From a virus (lineage: Duplodnaviria > Caudoviricetes): 54,189 bases of DNA. The notes beneath the pieces were generated by a model. That model was given only the letters and a program-made list of their open reading frames with translations. It did no database searches and was not told where the DNA came from. How positions within the stretch are numbered: the first letter of the stretch is position 1; each line of letters begins with the position of its first letter. This document shows positions 21,601 to 30,766 of the stretch, piece after piece. The stretch lies in the IMG/VR virus record IMGVR_UViG_3300040807_003078, positions 1 to 54,189 of that record; one strand, written 5' to 3'. The position numbers and the translations under genes were made by a program.

Positions 21601-24600
21601 AGCAGACTTGTTTGCCATAGCGAACAGTGAGGAATCAACACTCAACGGAGTGTATCAGGTCCAATCGACACCGGATCATAAAACAGTTGTAATAGATTAC
21701 TCAGGTAATGTTGGATTCATTCCAGCACTGGAAGATGGTTCTACAGCAGATAGTTACGGGAATGTTTACAAATTTGTTTCTGTGAGATTGTCGTCCATGG
21801 ACAACGTGAACGATCTTTTACCGTTCAACGATTATGATGACAAACAGGTAGCACAAGATGTCAACGGTGATCATGTGTTTGCGGATGCAGACGCTTCTGG
21901 ACTATGGCGTGTGTATGAGAAACAAGATCCATATACAACTGCTTTACAACTTTCTCCTGATGATGCGACAGCGTCACAGGAGTTTGGATACAGGATTGTT
22001 GCCCGTAACGATGGGCGTACAGTTGTAGCATCTGCTCCTGGCAAAGGACAGGGAGAAGTTCACTTCCTATTCAGGACTTCGACTGAGCCGGGGACTACTT
22101 TGCTTACACAGGCGAGTGCGACGATGACCGACAATGACGATAATACCAGCAGGCTAGGTGAGTCATTGTCAATGAGTACAGATGAGAACTTTGTTGTGGC
22201 AGGAGCACCTTATACAAATGCACTAGGATCGGACGGAAGCACAAGATTCACAGATTCAGGATTGATCAAAATTTACGTTTGGGGTCCAACGACCTTCAAA
22301 TATGGTATATTGAACACAATCACTCCACACGTGGATGCCGCTTCGCAGAACTTTGGATGGGCACATAAAATATCAGAGCCGGGATCTAGTTCGTCTAGAA
22401 GTACAGCACAAAAATATTTGTTTGTGTCGGCACCAGGACACAGCAGTGACAAGGGCAGGGTCTATGTATACACGTGGGGTATAGGTGCAGATGGTTCCAC
22501 GTACGACACTTGGACAAAAGATTACACATTAGAAGCACCAGCGGGTGGGTCAGGACAGAGATTTGGACACAGGATAGAGGCCAACGACAACGGTGACATA
22601 CTTGCCGTAAGTTCATTAGCACCAGGCAACGCCGGTAAGGTAGAGATATTTGTAAGATCAGGTGCAGACGGCAGTTCAGCATCCACATTCACGCTCACCC
22701 AAACATTGACGGGCGTTACATCAGATGGTTCAACGGCAAACACCGCGTTTGGAGAGTCCATTGCCATGAGCAAGGACGGGTCAACATTGATAATTGGAGC
22801 ACCTGGCGTGGACAATAGTGACCATGCCGATTCGGGTGCAGTTTATTATTACAAATGGAACGCCGACGGTTCCACTAACACTTACACACTTCAGCAGACC
22901 ATCACAGTGCCAAGCACTTACGCCAACATGAAATTTGGGTCAACGCTATCAATCAATCATACTGGAAAAAGATTAGTGATTGGTGCTGAGAACTTCGCAA
23001 GTTCTAGGGAAATGAAATTTGACAGCGGCGAGACTACTTTTGATCTGCAGGACACAGTGATAGTAGACTCAAACACTGGATCGGGCGGTGCGTTCACGGC
23101 CACAATGTATAATACCAAGTTTGTGTTAGACGATAGATTAATGGCAGACAATGTTTCCGCAAATGATGATTTCGGAAGAGGTGTATGTGTCATAGACAAC
23201 TCTGTGTTTGTTGGTGCTCCAGACGACGACGGTAATGTTACATCAGACGGAAGCACAAGATTATTGAATGATGGCACAATGACTTGCTATGACCTTACTG
23301 AGAATGGACACTATGCTTGGAAAAACATCACAACAGAGACAGCATTGATAGATGTGGATAAACTTGGACAAGTGTTCCAGTTTAGCACAAAGACAAAACA
23401 AATAAATGACTATTACGATCTTTATGATCCTATCAAGGGCAGGATATTAGGAATAGCAGACAGGGAAATCAATATCAAAACTGCTTGGGATCCGGCTTCG
23501 TATAATGTTGGACAGTCGGCCAACTTCAAAACTGCGTGGGCAGAAAATCACATAGGTGAAGTATGGTGGGATCTCTCAACAGTGAAATGGTTATGGTATG
23601 AGCAAGACAGTCAAGAGTATAAGACTAATAATTGGGGAGCGACTTTCCCTGGATCCAGTATAAATGTATATGAGTGGGTGGAATCTCGACTGTTACCAAG
23701 TGAATGGAATCTAAGATCAGAAGGCACAGGTGAAGCAGTTTCGGGAACAGCACTGTATGGTGACGATTCTCAATTCTCGGTTGTGCAGAAATACGATTCA
23801 AGCCTGGACAGATTCATCAATTACTACTACTATTGGGTAAAAGGCAAAACTACATTGCCTGCCAACAGTGTGGTGACAAGAAAGAACACGGTTGGGTTCG
23901 TGGCCAACGTTATCGCTAATCCAAAAACTTTTGATTTCAAATATTATGCGATCACCGGAACTAACAGTCTTTTAATAAACAACTACAGTGATTTAAGCAA
24001 CGATGACATAGTGTTGAACGTTGACATCAGAAACAACACTTTTGATGCCACATCACACAGTGTATGGACATTGGTCAGAGAAGGTGACAAGGAAAACAAG
24101 CCGAGCACGGTGATAGAAACGAGATGGTGGGATTCACTAATAGGTAAGAACGAGTCAGGCGATCTAGTACCTGATTTCAAACTGCCTGTGAATGAACGTT
24201 ATGGAAACAGTGTAAGGCCTCGGCAAAGTTGGTACGTAGATAGATATTCCGCGTTAAAAGAAATAATCGATTACGCCAACACAATGTTAAAGAAAAATCA
24301 ACTGTCTGGAACAATTAATTTAGATAACCTCGATTCAAAAGATCCAGAACCAACAGCACAGAGTCTTGAGTGGGACGCATCAGTGGACACATATGCGGAA
24401 TTGAATTACATCAACACAGCGGATCTATCAGGTACAGTGAACTACTTGGTCAAGGCAGACGAAACTGCCAACAACTTCTGGACGATATACCAATGGGATG
24501 GCACGGAGTGGTCAAGGACCAAAGTACAGACCTACAACACCTCAGCGTACTGGAGTTACACTGACTGGTACAAGGTGGATGGTGATATGATTCATGATGA

Positions 24601-27600
24601 GAACACAAAAATTGACAAACAAGTCACGTATCAATATGAATTAGACACGCTTGATCTACAGATAGGCAAACACGTGAAAGTTACCTCCGCGGACACAGGT
24701 GGTTGGAAACTGTTCATGAGGACAGCGTCTGGATGGGAAAACGTAGGAACAGAGAACGGCACAATAAGACTATCAACCAAATTGTATGACTATTCACAGG
24801 ATGCCACTGGCTTCGCGGGACAAGACAGTTTCGACGATAACTTCTTTGACCAAGAACCGGGCATAGAGACAAGGAAGATATTGACAGCACTGAGAGACGA
24901 CCTATTCATCAATGAACTAGCGGTAGAATACAATACCTTGTTCTTCACGGGTTTGCGTAAAGTGTTATCTGAACAGACCTATGTTAATTGGATGTTCAAA
25001 ACTTCATTCATAAATGTTAAAAATTCAGTGAGGGAACTGGACCAGCGTAAATCATACACAACAGGAACAGACAGTTGGATAGAGGATTACATAAACGAAG
25101 TAAAACCGTTCCACACTAAATTACGAGAATACAAACTCGGATATGACAAGTTAGAAACACAGGACGGAATCTACACAGACTTCGACAGTCCGACATTCTA
25201 TGATGCCAGTACAGGCAAGATCAGATCACTTAACGTCGACAGCGACACAGACAAGTTGACAGAGTATCCATGGCAGATGTGGAACGACTATCACAAAAAA
25301 TATGTACAGTCGATCACGGTCACATCTGGTGGTTCTGGATACGAGGTCGCTCCAACAGTATCTATACTGGGAGGAACCACAGGATCAACAGGACCTTTCC
25401 AATTACAGGCTACAAGTTCTTCGGGTGCCACAAGCGGAAGTTTTGGTTACTACTTCCCATTATTCACAAGCGAGAAGCAGGCGGAGATACATGATTCACA
25501 GAATGGTGGTTCTGGCACTACTAAATCTTACACGTTTGACGGTTACGACGGAACATTCTATGGCCCAACAGCATCCGTCACTGAAGCACAATCATCGAAA
25601 TCAACTTTATACAAGATGTATGTGACTCCAAGCACAACGGCGGCGACTGCCACAGCGATCATACAAGGTGGCGTGGTTACAAAAATCAATGTCACCGGAA
25701 TAGGTGCCAATTACACAACAACTCCTACCGTGGTGTTGACGGGTGGTAAGACTGACGGTACCACACCAACAGATACAGCCAAAGCATACGCTAACCTAAA
25801 CAATGACCTTGTGAGGGACTTTGATACAACGATCAAGTTTGACAGGATCGCAAGTACATCTAGTGTGGTAGATTGGGCGGCCAATACAACTTATGAATAT
25901 GGTGCTCTTATAAGATACAAAAACGAACTGTACAAAGCAACAAACAGATTTACATCCACTTCGGATTTTGATGACAATATCAATAGTTTGTACAAGTACA
26001 CAGGAGACGAAAGAGCTCTTAATGCCGCTGACAGAATAAAAGGATTCTACACACCAGGATCTGGAATGCCAGGCAATGAACTGGATCAAGTGATGACAGG
26101 GGTTGACTACGGTGGCACAATGGTCACAGGCCTATTATTCAACCAGGAAGCGGGTTGGGACAGATCGGGTTGGTATGACTTCCCGTGGGACAACTACGGT
26201 GACTCGAGGGTCAAGGCGTTCAGGGCAGACGGATCAACGGCATCATACACATTTGACACTGCTCCGGCGAGCAATGAAGTTTATCAAGTTTACATCACAG
26301 CGGATGACAGCACAAGGAGAAAATTGAGTGATGTGATCAGGGGCGATGGTTCGACAGCGACATTTACAATCAGCGAAACACCAGACGGTGACGCCCTTGT
26401 TGAATTCATACCATTCGACGATGACGGAGTTCTTACTCCAACAGACGATAGGACGTTGGATTCGATAGTGAAAGGCGGACTATTCACGTCAGCATTGGGA
26501 CATGCACCTAGCGACATAGTGTTGGAAGGTGATGGATTTGTTACACCTGACACAAGTTACGCACCGGAAGAGACCGTGCCAGGACAAATTTTTGACACAC
26601 TAGACATCAAGGTCTACACCTCACCGGAATCAGGTGTGCCATTCATAAGTGAAATGAATCACGTAGGTAATGGTAGCACAACAACATTCAGCATAGGAGA
26701 TTATCCTGGTTCATTGGGATCAGTCACTGTATCTGTTGATGGAGTGGTCCAAAAATTAACAACGAACTATTCAATCAATGTAGCGAATAAGACTATCACA
26801 TTCACTTCCGCTCCAGCGAATCACAGTGTCATATCCACTAGGGTGTTTGCGATATCAGGTGAGAACTACAGGGTGCTTAATGCATTCACAGGAGATGGTA
26901 GCACGACAACTTTCAAAACATCAACGAGGGGCGAATTCAATCTAGATTCAACATCGTCAGACATTTATGTCACAGTTGATGGTGTGCCAACCACAGCATA
27001 CACAACCACAACTAGGGCAAACACAATCACAGTTGTTTTCAACACCGCACCGGCGGCAAGTTCATACATCCAGATAGCAGGATTCAACAAGTCAACAACA
27101 TCAACAAGAAGTTATGCCAGTGTTAGGAATCAAGCGATAACTTATGATGGATCGACTACCAGATACACTCTGACATATCCACCGGGTGCGATAGGACCTT
27201 TCTCAGGACTCACGACGGTAGAAGTCAACGGCAGGGTACTGCGTGGACCTGATAACACATACTACGTTGGTGATGGAAGTACATACACTTATGGAGTTGC
27301 GTCAGGACTAGGCGATGACTCAACGGTCGATCCGGCAAAAACTATAACAGCGGCAAGCCAGGTACAGGTATTCGTGAATGGTGTGCAGAAAAATCTGAAT
27401 ACGCACTACACTGTAGATATCGGAAATCAAAACATAGAATTTGTAACAGCACACGTTCCAACTTCAACAGACGTCATCTGTATCTCCACGCTGGTAGATC
27501 ACCAGTACTACAACGAAGGCACAGATATAATATTAGTTCCAAGTGCTATAACTTCGCCTTACAGTTTGACAGCGAATGATGTGTTGTCGGTGACAACTTT

Positions 27601-28516
27601 CAACAACGCACTGGGAATGAAACAGAGAAGAGAAGTTTTAGAAGGAAGACCAAGCGGCGTGTTCAAATTGAGGTTTGACACACTCAACGCAAGTTACACA
27701 TATGTGTGGTTGAACGGAGAGCAGTTGACACAGAATCAAGACTACACTGTGAGTGGAAACACAGTCACGGTCACGGGTAAGACTATCACATCAAGCGACA
27801 GGTTGGACGTGATGTACTTCGCACTGGAGACAGCGGTGGGAAGCACAGGCTTCAGGATATTCAAAGATATGTTGAACAGGACTTTCTACAAACGTATCTC
27901 TAAAACTGCCACAACAAAATTAACATTGAGTATGACGGAAGGCACACAGACAATCACGGTCGAGGACGCATCTGTACTGCCTACACCAGACGCGGCGAGC
28001 AACACGCCAGGCGTTGTGTTCATAGACAAAGAGAGAATAGAATACTTTACATTATCAGGTAACACGTTGGGACAACTAAGACGTGGTACTTTGGGAACAG
28101 GAATTAAGGAGCATGGATCAGGCACGGAAGTGGTAGATGCGTCTGGTACTCAAACCATCCCTTATGCGGACACTGTGTACACCAACACCTTCACAGGTGA
28201 CGGTAGCACAGCGACGTTGACACTATCACAAACACCATCATCCGCTAGTGAGTTAGACATATTCATTGGTGGCCAACGATTGTTGCTCACTAGCGAGGAT
28301 GGATCAACCATAAACTACTCTGTGGACGGAAGCACAACTGCGGTGACTTTGAGCACTGTACCCGCTTCAGGAACACAGGTTAAAATATTACACAAGAAAG
28401 GACAGGTCTGGTACACAGCGAAAGATGGTAATCCAGCAGATGGTAAAGGATTACAGGCTTCAACTACTCAACAGGCTAAATTCATTGCTAATGAGCCCAC
28501 AAACGCACCTGAATAA
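15686..28516 (+). CDS. Giant (4276 aa) baseplate wedge/virion structural protein, gp7-like position
   Basis: Follows gp6 with TAATG coupling. IREKGT.NAI wedge-type motif, cupredoxin-like motif, FG-GAP beta-propeller repeats, VKPFHTKLRE, and C-terminal GDGSTT beta-sandwich repeats ending near LRRGTLGT. Confidence 0.8.
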   Translation: MADNPTNSLTNNEVVKQGTNEYRRTVQHLPAFYRTDANQRFLASTLDPLVQKGSLERLDGYIGRQDAYTRNVTDRYLTATSRDRFAYQLEPAVTYTDRDTTSVNPEDQVKFTGTYDDYINQIKYFGGQVNNHDRLNKETVYSWNPAIDYDKLVNYREYYWIPEGPGAIEIDSVGPSAVVEYKVINNARAAYEFVHRENENNPILTLYKGNTYKFDVDAKGHPFWIMTEPYKSKVSADGSTSTIFDTGVTNNGADEGTVTFTVPTTGVPATLYYQCGNHDAMYGIIQIKDATSTTMINVENDIVGAKNYSLRTLDLSNGMKIKFTNALVTSAYQGKEYYVEGVGEAITLTDVEDLITPGSYATESTILYDQVGYDSRPYAKAYYSPETKDYITIKRDSIDQNAWSRYNRWFHRSVIEETARISGHTPELNEDDRAKRPIIEFDSGLALYNHGTVAKKSVTLFDTVTTDAFSDVVKQTGYIVDGVSLADGMRVVFKNDTDPLVKNKIYDVSFVTAGDSTQVIALTEASDAVPSDNDSIFIEFGTANQGNTYYYDSTSETFKDAQQKTGVNQQPLFGMWDNNHVSFDDTTTYPTSTFAGAKVFEFATSDTATTDTVLGIKVKYNTINNVGDIVFESDHTSGTFTYKDGKTTVTKKLAEGHLHYTTGRSTHNSRSAWIKRTNESKQRVIRTFIVDKTEKQFFPIDFYKDSADLSDLEVSVSVNGTRKTQTTDYTLVDGTKNKYVKFNEVLEVNDQIRIAGYSSAEKVDGKGIYEVPENLSTNSLNQQLGTFTYGQILGHVKDIFDKNQDVTGAIPGASNLRDKPDARLKGGSIHQHEGPLLPAIFHLIDQEANFVTSVDYVAQEYEKWYNAFLTHATGTAYEGVAADRVDEIITAITPGRTSSFPFYYEDMIGYGENVSTRNYTVLGSSQTDYALDSQHNITTPSNRAVYVYLNGTQLLLGTDYTFSTTDDSVSISKTLAEGDKIVIKDYTDTTGSYMPPSPTKLGLYPKFKPEAFTDTTYITDTAVIRKHDGSIIKAYGDERDDLILELEKRIYNNLKTAYDSSLLDINDVVPSAFTSTDYSTAEIDNVMGPDFYNWAGRNNVQYINNTVFSEGSPFTYNYSRSTDRLNGAKLPGHWRAIYKYFYDTDSPHTRPWEMFGHSEKPSDWEDTYGAAPYTSGNDVLWDALEAEPGRYGKPLIKSYLPVDASGNLLDPLAAGLVNNFDIPGRQNAWKFGDQAPAETAWRRSSAYPFAVIKTLALTRPARFFSNMFDPSRLSTNTAGNQIYAETGVRQTLASSKYHIETLTDEDTGVTTRYQTAGYQPIIVNYLINRNLNVKTFYHDKMKALTVQLAYKLGGFTDKDNIKVLTDSVSPGSTSGSKFIPDENYKILFRTSNPVESFYYSGVLIEKNTNISEDGSTVLGGYKVLGYSTIKPYFNFNYPVKTTTANKVSVEGSVNVEQYKLYQEATQTIPYGYVFDTIQDVADFLFGYGHWLESQGFKFNKFSNELKETLNWSNAVREFLFWTTQEWAPGSAITVSPAADGFELDTNNSIVGKLRNLAGDYSLLDSGGRKIDVKELSTKRIGKTFELGIKSDTVGLYNVALNTVQKEHILIFDNQTVFSDVIYDPSTGFRQQRLKLVGWKTANWNGDYYAPGFMFDSAQVKYWLANTDYSIGDSVEYQGKFYVSKSNHNSGNTFDNSKWTLKDNKPAPQLIPNFDYKISQFNDFYNLETNNFDESQQQLAQRLIGYQSRDYLENLFVNDVSQYKFYQGYIREKGTQNAIDKLLKAKYEGEDITLDLYPEWMIRTGNFGNTDSTENIQLYLRDNEVTADPQSIELVNTTNDTADYSRSLKVVQNDLYYKPVEYTASTTFSRYDYTKQGVDRDNVQKFKTAGYPQLEQVQHTAYNIDDLFNLDINGVQNKDLIWVANKSNLDWDVFRITNAGVKIATLLLINDATQLEITFTGSHGLSAGTTTSTADLFAIANSEESTLNGVYQVQSTPDHKTVVIDYSGNVGFIPALEDGSTADSYGNVYKFVSVRLSSMDNVNDLLPFNDYDDKQVAQDVNGDHVFADADASGLWRVYEKQDPYTTALQLSPDDATASQEFGYRIVARNDGRTVVASAPGKGQGEVHFLFRTSTEPGTTLLTQASATMTDNDDNTSRLGESLSMSTDENFVVAGAPYTNALGSDGSTRFTDSGLIKIYVWGPTTFKYGILNTITPHVDAASQNFGWAHKISEPGSSSSRSTAQKYLFVSAPGHSSDKGRVYVYTWGIGADGSTYDTWTKDYTLEAPAGGSGQRFGHRIEANDNGDILAVSSLAPGNAGKVEIFVRSGADGSSASTFTLTQTLTGVTSDGSTANTAFGESIAMSKDGSTLIIGAPGVDNSDHADSGAVYYYKWNADGSTNTYTLQQTITVPSTYANMKFGSTLSINHTGKRLVIGAENFASSREMKFDSGETTFDLQDTVIVDSNTGSGGAFTATMYNTKFVLDDRLMADNVSANDDFGRGVCVIDNSVFVGAPDDDGNVTSDGSTRLLNDGTMTCYDLTENGHYAWKNITTETALIDVDKLGQVFQFSTKTKQINDYYDLYDPIKGRILGIADREINIKTAWDPASYNVGQSANFKTAWAENHIGEVWWDLSTVKWLWYEQDSQEYKTNNWGATFPGSSINVYEWVESRLLPSEWNLRSEGTGEAVSGTALYGDDSQFSVVQKYDSSLDRFINYYYYWVKGKTTLPANSVVTRKNTVGFVANVIANPKTFDFKYYAITGTNSLLINNYSDLSNDDIVLNVDIRNNTFDATSHSVWTLVREGDKENKPSTVIETRWWDSLIGKNESGDLVPDFKLPVNERYGNSVRPRQSWYVDRYSALKEIIDYANTMLKKNQLSGTINLDNLDSKDPEPTAQSLEWDASVDTYAELNYINTADLSGTVNYLVKADETANNFWTIYQWDGTEWSRTKVQTYNTSAYWSYTDWYKVDGDMIHDENTKIDKQVTYQYELDTLDLQIGKHVKVTSADTGGWKLFMRTASGWENVGTENGTIRLSTKLYDYSQDATGFAGQDSFDDNFFDQEPGIETRKILTALRDDLFINELAVEYNTLFFTGLRKVLSEQTYVNWMFKTSFINVKNSVRELDQRKSYTTGTDSWIEDYINEVKPFHTKLREYKLGYDKLETQDGIYTDFDSPTFYDASTGKIRSLNVDSDTDKLTEYPWQMWNDYHKKYVQSITVTSGGSGYEVAPTVSILGGTTGSTGPFQLQATSSSGATSGSFGYYFPLFTSEKQAEIHDSQNGGSGTTKSYTFDGYDGTFYGPTASVTEAQSSKSTLYKMYVTPSTTAATATAIIQGGVVTKINVTGIGANYTTTPTVVLTGGKTDGTTPTDTAKAYANLNNDLVRDFDTTIKFDRIASTSSVVDWAANTTYEYGALIRYKNELYKATNRFTSTSDFDDNINSLYKYTGDERALNAADRIKGFYTPGSGMPGNELDQVMTGVDYGGTMVTGLLFNQEAGWDRSGWYDFPWDNYGDSRVKAFRADGSTASYTFDTAPASNEVYQVYITADDSTRRKLSDVIRGDGSTATFTISETPDGDALVEFIPFDDDGVLTPTDDRTLDSIVKGGLFTSALGHAPSDIVLEGDGFVTPDTSYAPEETVPGQIFDTLDIKVYTSPESGVPFISEMNHVGNGSTTTFSIGDYPGSLGSVTVSVDGVVQKLTTNYSINVANKTITFTSAPANHSVISTRVFAISGENYRVLNAFTGDGSTTTFKTSTRGEFNLDSTSSDIYVTVDGVPTTAYTTTTRANTITVVFNTAPAASSYIQIAGFNKSTTSTRSYASVRNQAITYDGSTTRYTLTYPPGAIGPFSGLTTVEVNGRVLRGPDNTYYVGDGSTYTYGVASGLGDDSTVDPAKTITAASQVQVFVNGVQKNLNTHYTVDIGNQNIEFVTAHVPTSTDVICISTLVDHQYYNEGTDIILVPSAITSPYSLTANDVLSVTTFNNALGMKQRREVLEGRPSGVFKLRFDTLNASYTYVWLNGEQLTQNQDYTVSGNTVTVTGKTITSSDRLDVMYFALETAVGSTGFRIFKDMLNRTFYKRISKTATTKLTLSMTEGTQTITVEDASVLPTPDAASNTPGVVFIDKERIEYFTLSGNTLGQLRRGTLGTGIKEHGSGTEVVDASGTQTIPYADTVYTNTFTGDGSTATLTLSQTPSSASELDIFIGGQRLLLTSEDGSTINYSVDGSTTAVTLSTVPASGTQVKILHKKGQVWYTAKDGNPADGKGLQASTTQQAKFIANEPTNAPE
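21976..23230 (+). repeat. FG-GAP/integrin-like beta-propeller repeats within the giant protein (approximate bounds)
   Basis: Blades such as FGYRIVA...VVASAPG, LGESLSM...VVAGAPY, FGHRIEA, FGESIAM...LIIGAPG, FGSTLSI...LVIGAE and FGRGVCV...VFVGAPD. Confidence 0.75.
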
Positions 28517-28519
28517 ATA
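28512..28519 (+). promoter_or_regulatory. Putative late promoter AATAAATA overlapping the stop codon
   Basis: 7/8 match to TATAAATA, 6 nt before ATG 28526. Confidence 0.6.
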
Positions 28520-28525
28520 CACTAG

Positions 28526-29251
28526 ATGACACAGGACAACAAACCAACAGAATCAAAAGAAGAGAACAAGAAGCCTCAGGATAACACAGGTGTTATGATG
28601 ACTGGGCACATAAAGATATTCGACCCAGAGACAGGCGAAGTGATTGTTGACAAGAGAAACGCGATACACTACGAGAACATGTCTCAGGCCTTGGCTAACT
28701 CATTAGCGAATAAATCAACAGGCTTCGTACACGAAATGGCTTTCGGTAATGGCGGTACAAGTGTAGATCCAACGGGAGTGATCACTTACCTAACACCAAA
28801 CTCAACAGGTACAAATGCCACGTTGTACAACCAAACTTACTACAAAGTGGTGGATGACAACTCTGCAACAAACAAAGATACCACAAGAAACAAGATGGAA
28901 GTGAGACACACTGCCGGCAACAAATACACTGACATTGTTGTGACTTGCACACTTGACTACGGTGAGCCAACAGGACAGGCGGCCTTCGACAACACGACCA
29001 ACTTCAACGGCGACTACGTGTTCGATGAATTAGGATTAAAATCATGGGAAGGAACTGAGAACGGATCAACTAACAAGTTGTTGACACACGTGATATTCCA
29101 CCCGGTACAGAAATCACTCAACAGATTGATACAGATTGATTACACTCTAAGGATTCAAAGTTTAACAACATTCACCGAAACAAGTTCTACAGCACTGTCA
29201 ACATCCAACACAGTGAGCGGAACAACATCAGGTGGTAACACAGGATACTAA
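28526..29251 (+). CDS. Baseplate-associated structural protein (gp8-like position)
   Basis: GHIKIFD...KRNAI, MAFGNGG, FDELGL and LLTHVIFHPVQKS..R.IQIDYTL are typical of baseplate/fibre-attachment proteins. Confidence 0.65.
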   Translation: MTQDNKPTESKEENKKPQDNTGVMMTGHIKIFDPETGEVIVDKRNAIHYENMSQALANSLANKSTGFVHEMAFGNGGTSVDPTGVITYLTPNSTGTNATLYNQTYYKVVDDNSATNKDTTRNKMEVRHTAGNKYTDIVVTCTLDYGEPTGQAAFDNTTNFNGDYVFDELGLKSWEGTENGSTNKLLTHVIFHPVQKSLNRLIQIDYTLRIQSLTTFTETSSTALSTSNTVSGTTSGGNTGY

Positions 29252-30744
29252 TGCCATACACGGTAAACAAGACAAATAGTTCGGCTACGCCAAACTCCTA
29301 CACTGTACAGGACGGTGTTGTAAACTCTCAGACCGATTTAAGTTTCATAGGAAAAGGTTACGCAGGTTACGGTGAGAAAATTGCTGAGAACTTTTTACAT
29401 CTTTTAGAAAATTTCGCCAACGGAACTGCACCAACAAAACCAGTACTTGGACAAATATGGTATGACAGCACCGACGGTAGGTTGAAGGTATATACCTCTT
29501 CAGGATTCGTACCAGCAGGAGGAAACGTTCCGATACAATCATCTGCACCTAGCACTTTGACTAGAGGTGATCTTTGGATAGATTCAGGAACTGGACAACT
29601 TTATTTTTACAATGGCGCTTCTTCAACACTGGTTGGACCACCAAGTTCAACAGGTACAACGAATGGCTTCGTATATGAGACTATATTAGATTCTAGTGAC
29701 ACAAATCAAAATATTACAAAATGGTACAACGACGGAAATTTAATCGCTATAATATCGGAAGACGAGTTCACACCAAAGAGTGCTATATCAGGCTTCGCGA
29801 CAATAAAGAAAGGTATCACCCTTACAACTGCGATAGCAAACACCAAGTTCCAAGGCACTGCCACAGATGCTGATGCACTAGGTGGTGTAGCGGCGGCAAA
29901 TTATCTAAGGGCGAACGCTAACGATACCACATCTGGAACTTTATCAATAGCAAATGACGGCGGATTGATTGTTGGAGCAGACAGTGATATGACTTTCACT
30001 GTTGACAGTTCGGGCGGTATCATCAGTAACGTCACACAAAACACAGACATCACTTTCAAAGTGAACGACGCTGGTACTACGACCACTGTAATGACAATAG
30101 ATGGATCAGAGTCTAGGGTAGGTATAGGAACAACGTCGCCAACAACAAAATTAGAAATTTCAGGAACAACCACATCAACAGCATTCGCAGGTGCATTGAC
30201 TGGAGATGTCACAGGTAACTTGACTAGTTCTGGAGCAAACACCATGGGAACATTGACCATGGGAGGCACTTTGACAACGAAAGCAATATTGCCAGACACA
30301 GATGCGTCATATGATATTGGATCATCGTCGAAAAAATTCAGTAAAATTTATGCTACAGCAACTTCGGCCGAGTACGCTGACTTGGCGGAGATGTACCTGA
30401 CCGACAAGCCATATCCAGTGGGCACGGTGATGTACGTCCACGACGTGGACACATTGGCGGATGCGAGAGCGGGCGAGATTCCGGTGGGAGTCATATCCGA
30501 GTATCCAGCATTCTTGATGAACAACACACAGGCAATGAGCAATGGCCAGTCCGTAGCACTTAAAGGTAGGGTACCAGTAAGGGTTATCGGTTCTTGCAAG
30601 GCGGGACAGCCTGTTTATGTGGGAGAATCTGGCGTAGCAACACCATATGCTGAAGGACAATCAAGCATATTCATAGTGGGAATAGCATTAACAAGCAAGG
30701 ACACAGAGGAAGAGGGACTGGTGGAGTGCATACTTAAAGTGTAG
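29251..30744 (+). CDS. Tail fibre/baseplate fibre protein with a C-terminal intramolecular-chaperone-like domain
   Basis: N-terminal LSFIGKGYAGYGE..ENFLHLLENF shared with its paralogs. GQIWYD/GDLWID repeats, VGIGTTSP fibre motif, and an ADLAEMY...VALKGRVPVRV chaperone-like C-terminus. Confidence 0.75.
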   Translation: MPYTVNKTNSSATPNSYTVQDGVVNSQTDLSFIGKGYAGYGEKIAENFLHLLENFANGTAPTKPVLGQIWYDSTDGRLKVYTSSGFVPAGGNVPIQSSAPSTLTRGDLWIDSGTGQLYFYNGASSTLVGPPSSTGTTNGFVYETILDSSDTNQNITKWYNDGNLIAIISEDEFTPKSAISGFATIKKGITLTTAIANTKFQGTATDADALGGVAAANYLRANANDTTSGTLSIANDGGLIVGADSDMTFTVDSSGGIISNVTQNTDITFKVNDAGTTTTVMTIDGSESRVGIGTTSPTTKLEISGTTTSTAFAGALTGDVTGNLTSSGANTMGTLTMGGTLTTKAILPDTDASYDIGSSSKKFSKIYATATSAEYADLAEMYLTDKPYPVGTVMYVHDVDTLADARAGEIPVGVISEYPAFLMNNTQAMSNGQSVALKGRVPVRVIGSCKAGQPVYVGESGVATPYAEGQSSIFIVGIALTSKDTEEEGLVECILKV

Positions 30745-30754
30745 CACGAGCTGG

Positions 30755-30760
30755 TAAATA
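30755..30760 (+). promoter_or_regulatory. Putative late promoter core TAAATA
   Basis: In a 22-nt intergenic gap, 6 nt before ATG 30767, with no SD in between. Confidence 0.55.
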
Positions 30761-30766
30761 TACAAA

